DNA of 64,000 nt from a virus. Taxonomy: Duplodnaviria; Caudoviricetes. A program made the translations under genes and the position numbers. The notes beneath the pieces were generated by a model. The model ran no database searches. It saw only the letters and a list, made by a program, of their open reading frames with translations, and was not told where the DNA came from. The stretch is from positions 224,001 through 288,000 of IMG/VR virus record IMGVR_UViG_3300002835_000001; one strand, written 5' to 3'. Every line of letters starts with the position of its first letter. The stretch's first letter is position 1. Positions 63,739-64,000 of this stretch are shown in pieces.

Positions 63739-64000
63739 ATGATAGTAATGAATAGTATTCTTTAAAGTGTTTAATTCTATCGACTAAACCGATAGTTCCA
63801 CCATTTACTCTTTTTGTAATTGAAGTTACAACCGCATCGGTTGCTCCACCATCCGCCATTTTGTGTAAACCATTTTTAGAAAAGAACCAAGCCGCAGATA
63901 ATAATGCGTAATCTGTTGCCACCTTTTCTGGATTTGCAGTCATATCTTCATTTATAGATTTACCAAACGCTGTGTAGTTTTCTTTTCCTGTTAATTGAAT
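63737..64000 (-). CDS. GH19 (chitinase/lysozyme-like) endolysin, C-terminal part; gene extends beyond window
   Basis: Open frame to 64000 reads IQLTGKENY..SAAWFF..TKRVNGG.IGL.DR. Confidence 0.88.
   Translation of the reverse strand: MQLTGKENYTAFGKSINEDMTANPEKVATDYALLSAAWFFSKNGLHKMADGGATDAVVTSITKRVNGGTIGLVDRIKHFKEYYSLLS

Noticed and set aside
1-64000. Stop-codon reassignment as in some large phages
   Set aside because: Known genes are full length in the standard code, TAG and TGA serve as stops, and no suppressor tRNA was found.

Overview
This is a 64 kb segment of a large tailed dsDNA phage with a T4-like head module. Several independent signals point to a Bacteroidota (probably Flavobacteriia) host: TTTG-N19/20-TAnnTTTG promoters, no Shine-Dalgarno motifs that I could see upstream of genes, Q at +1 of signal peptides, a CYKDD lipoprotein export signal and a Bacteroidota-type bS21. 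Layout from left to right: putative virion/late genes and small enzymes (1-5.3 kb); head module with major capsid, scaffold, prohead protease, bS21, portal and large terminase (5.3-17.5 kb); nucleotidyltransferase, KTSC, Hsp20 and ClpC-like ATPase (17.6-21.3 kb); RNA-repair trio of kinase, Rnl1 ligase and cREC (21.7-23.9 kb); an 11.6 kb cluster of exported/outer-membrane genes with a CsgG-like protein, beta-barrels, lectin and cohesin/dockerin-like domains (24.3-36.0 kb); a stable-RNA region with 14 canonical tRNAs, a tRNA-like RNA with an 82-nt variable arm, several orphan structured RNAs, a ~800-nt GOLLD-like RNA, tmRNA and SmpB (36.3-45.2 kb); putative internal/ejected virion proteins (45.2-50.4 kb); a glycosyltransferase/methyltransferase cluster (52.0-56.8 kb); and small accessory genes, a secreted nuclease, a GAF-type holin candidate and a truncated GH19 endolysin (56.9-64.0 kb). 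All family assignments are from motif recognition by eye; no database search was run.
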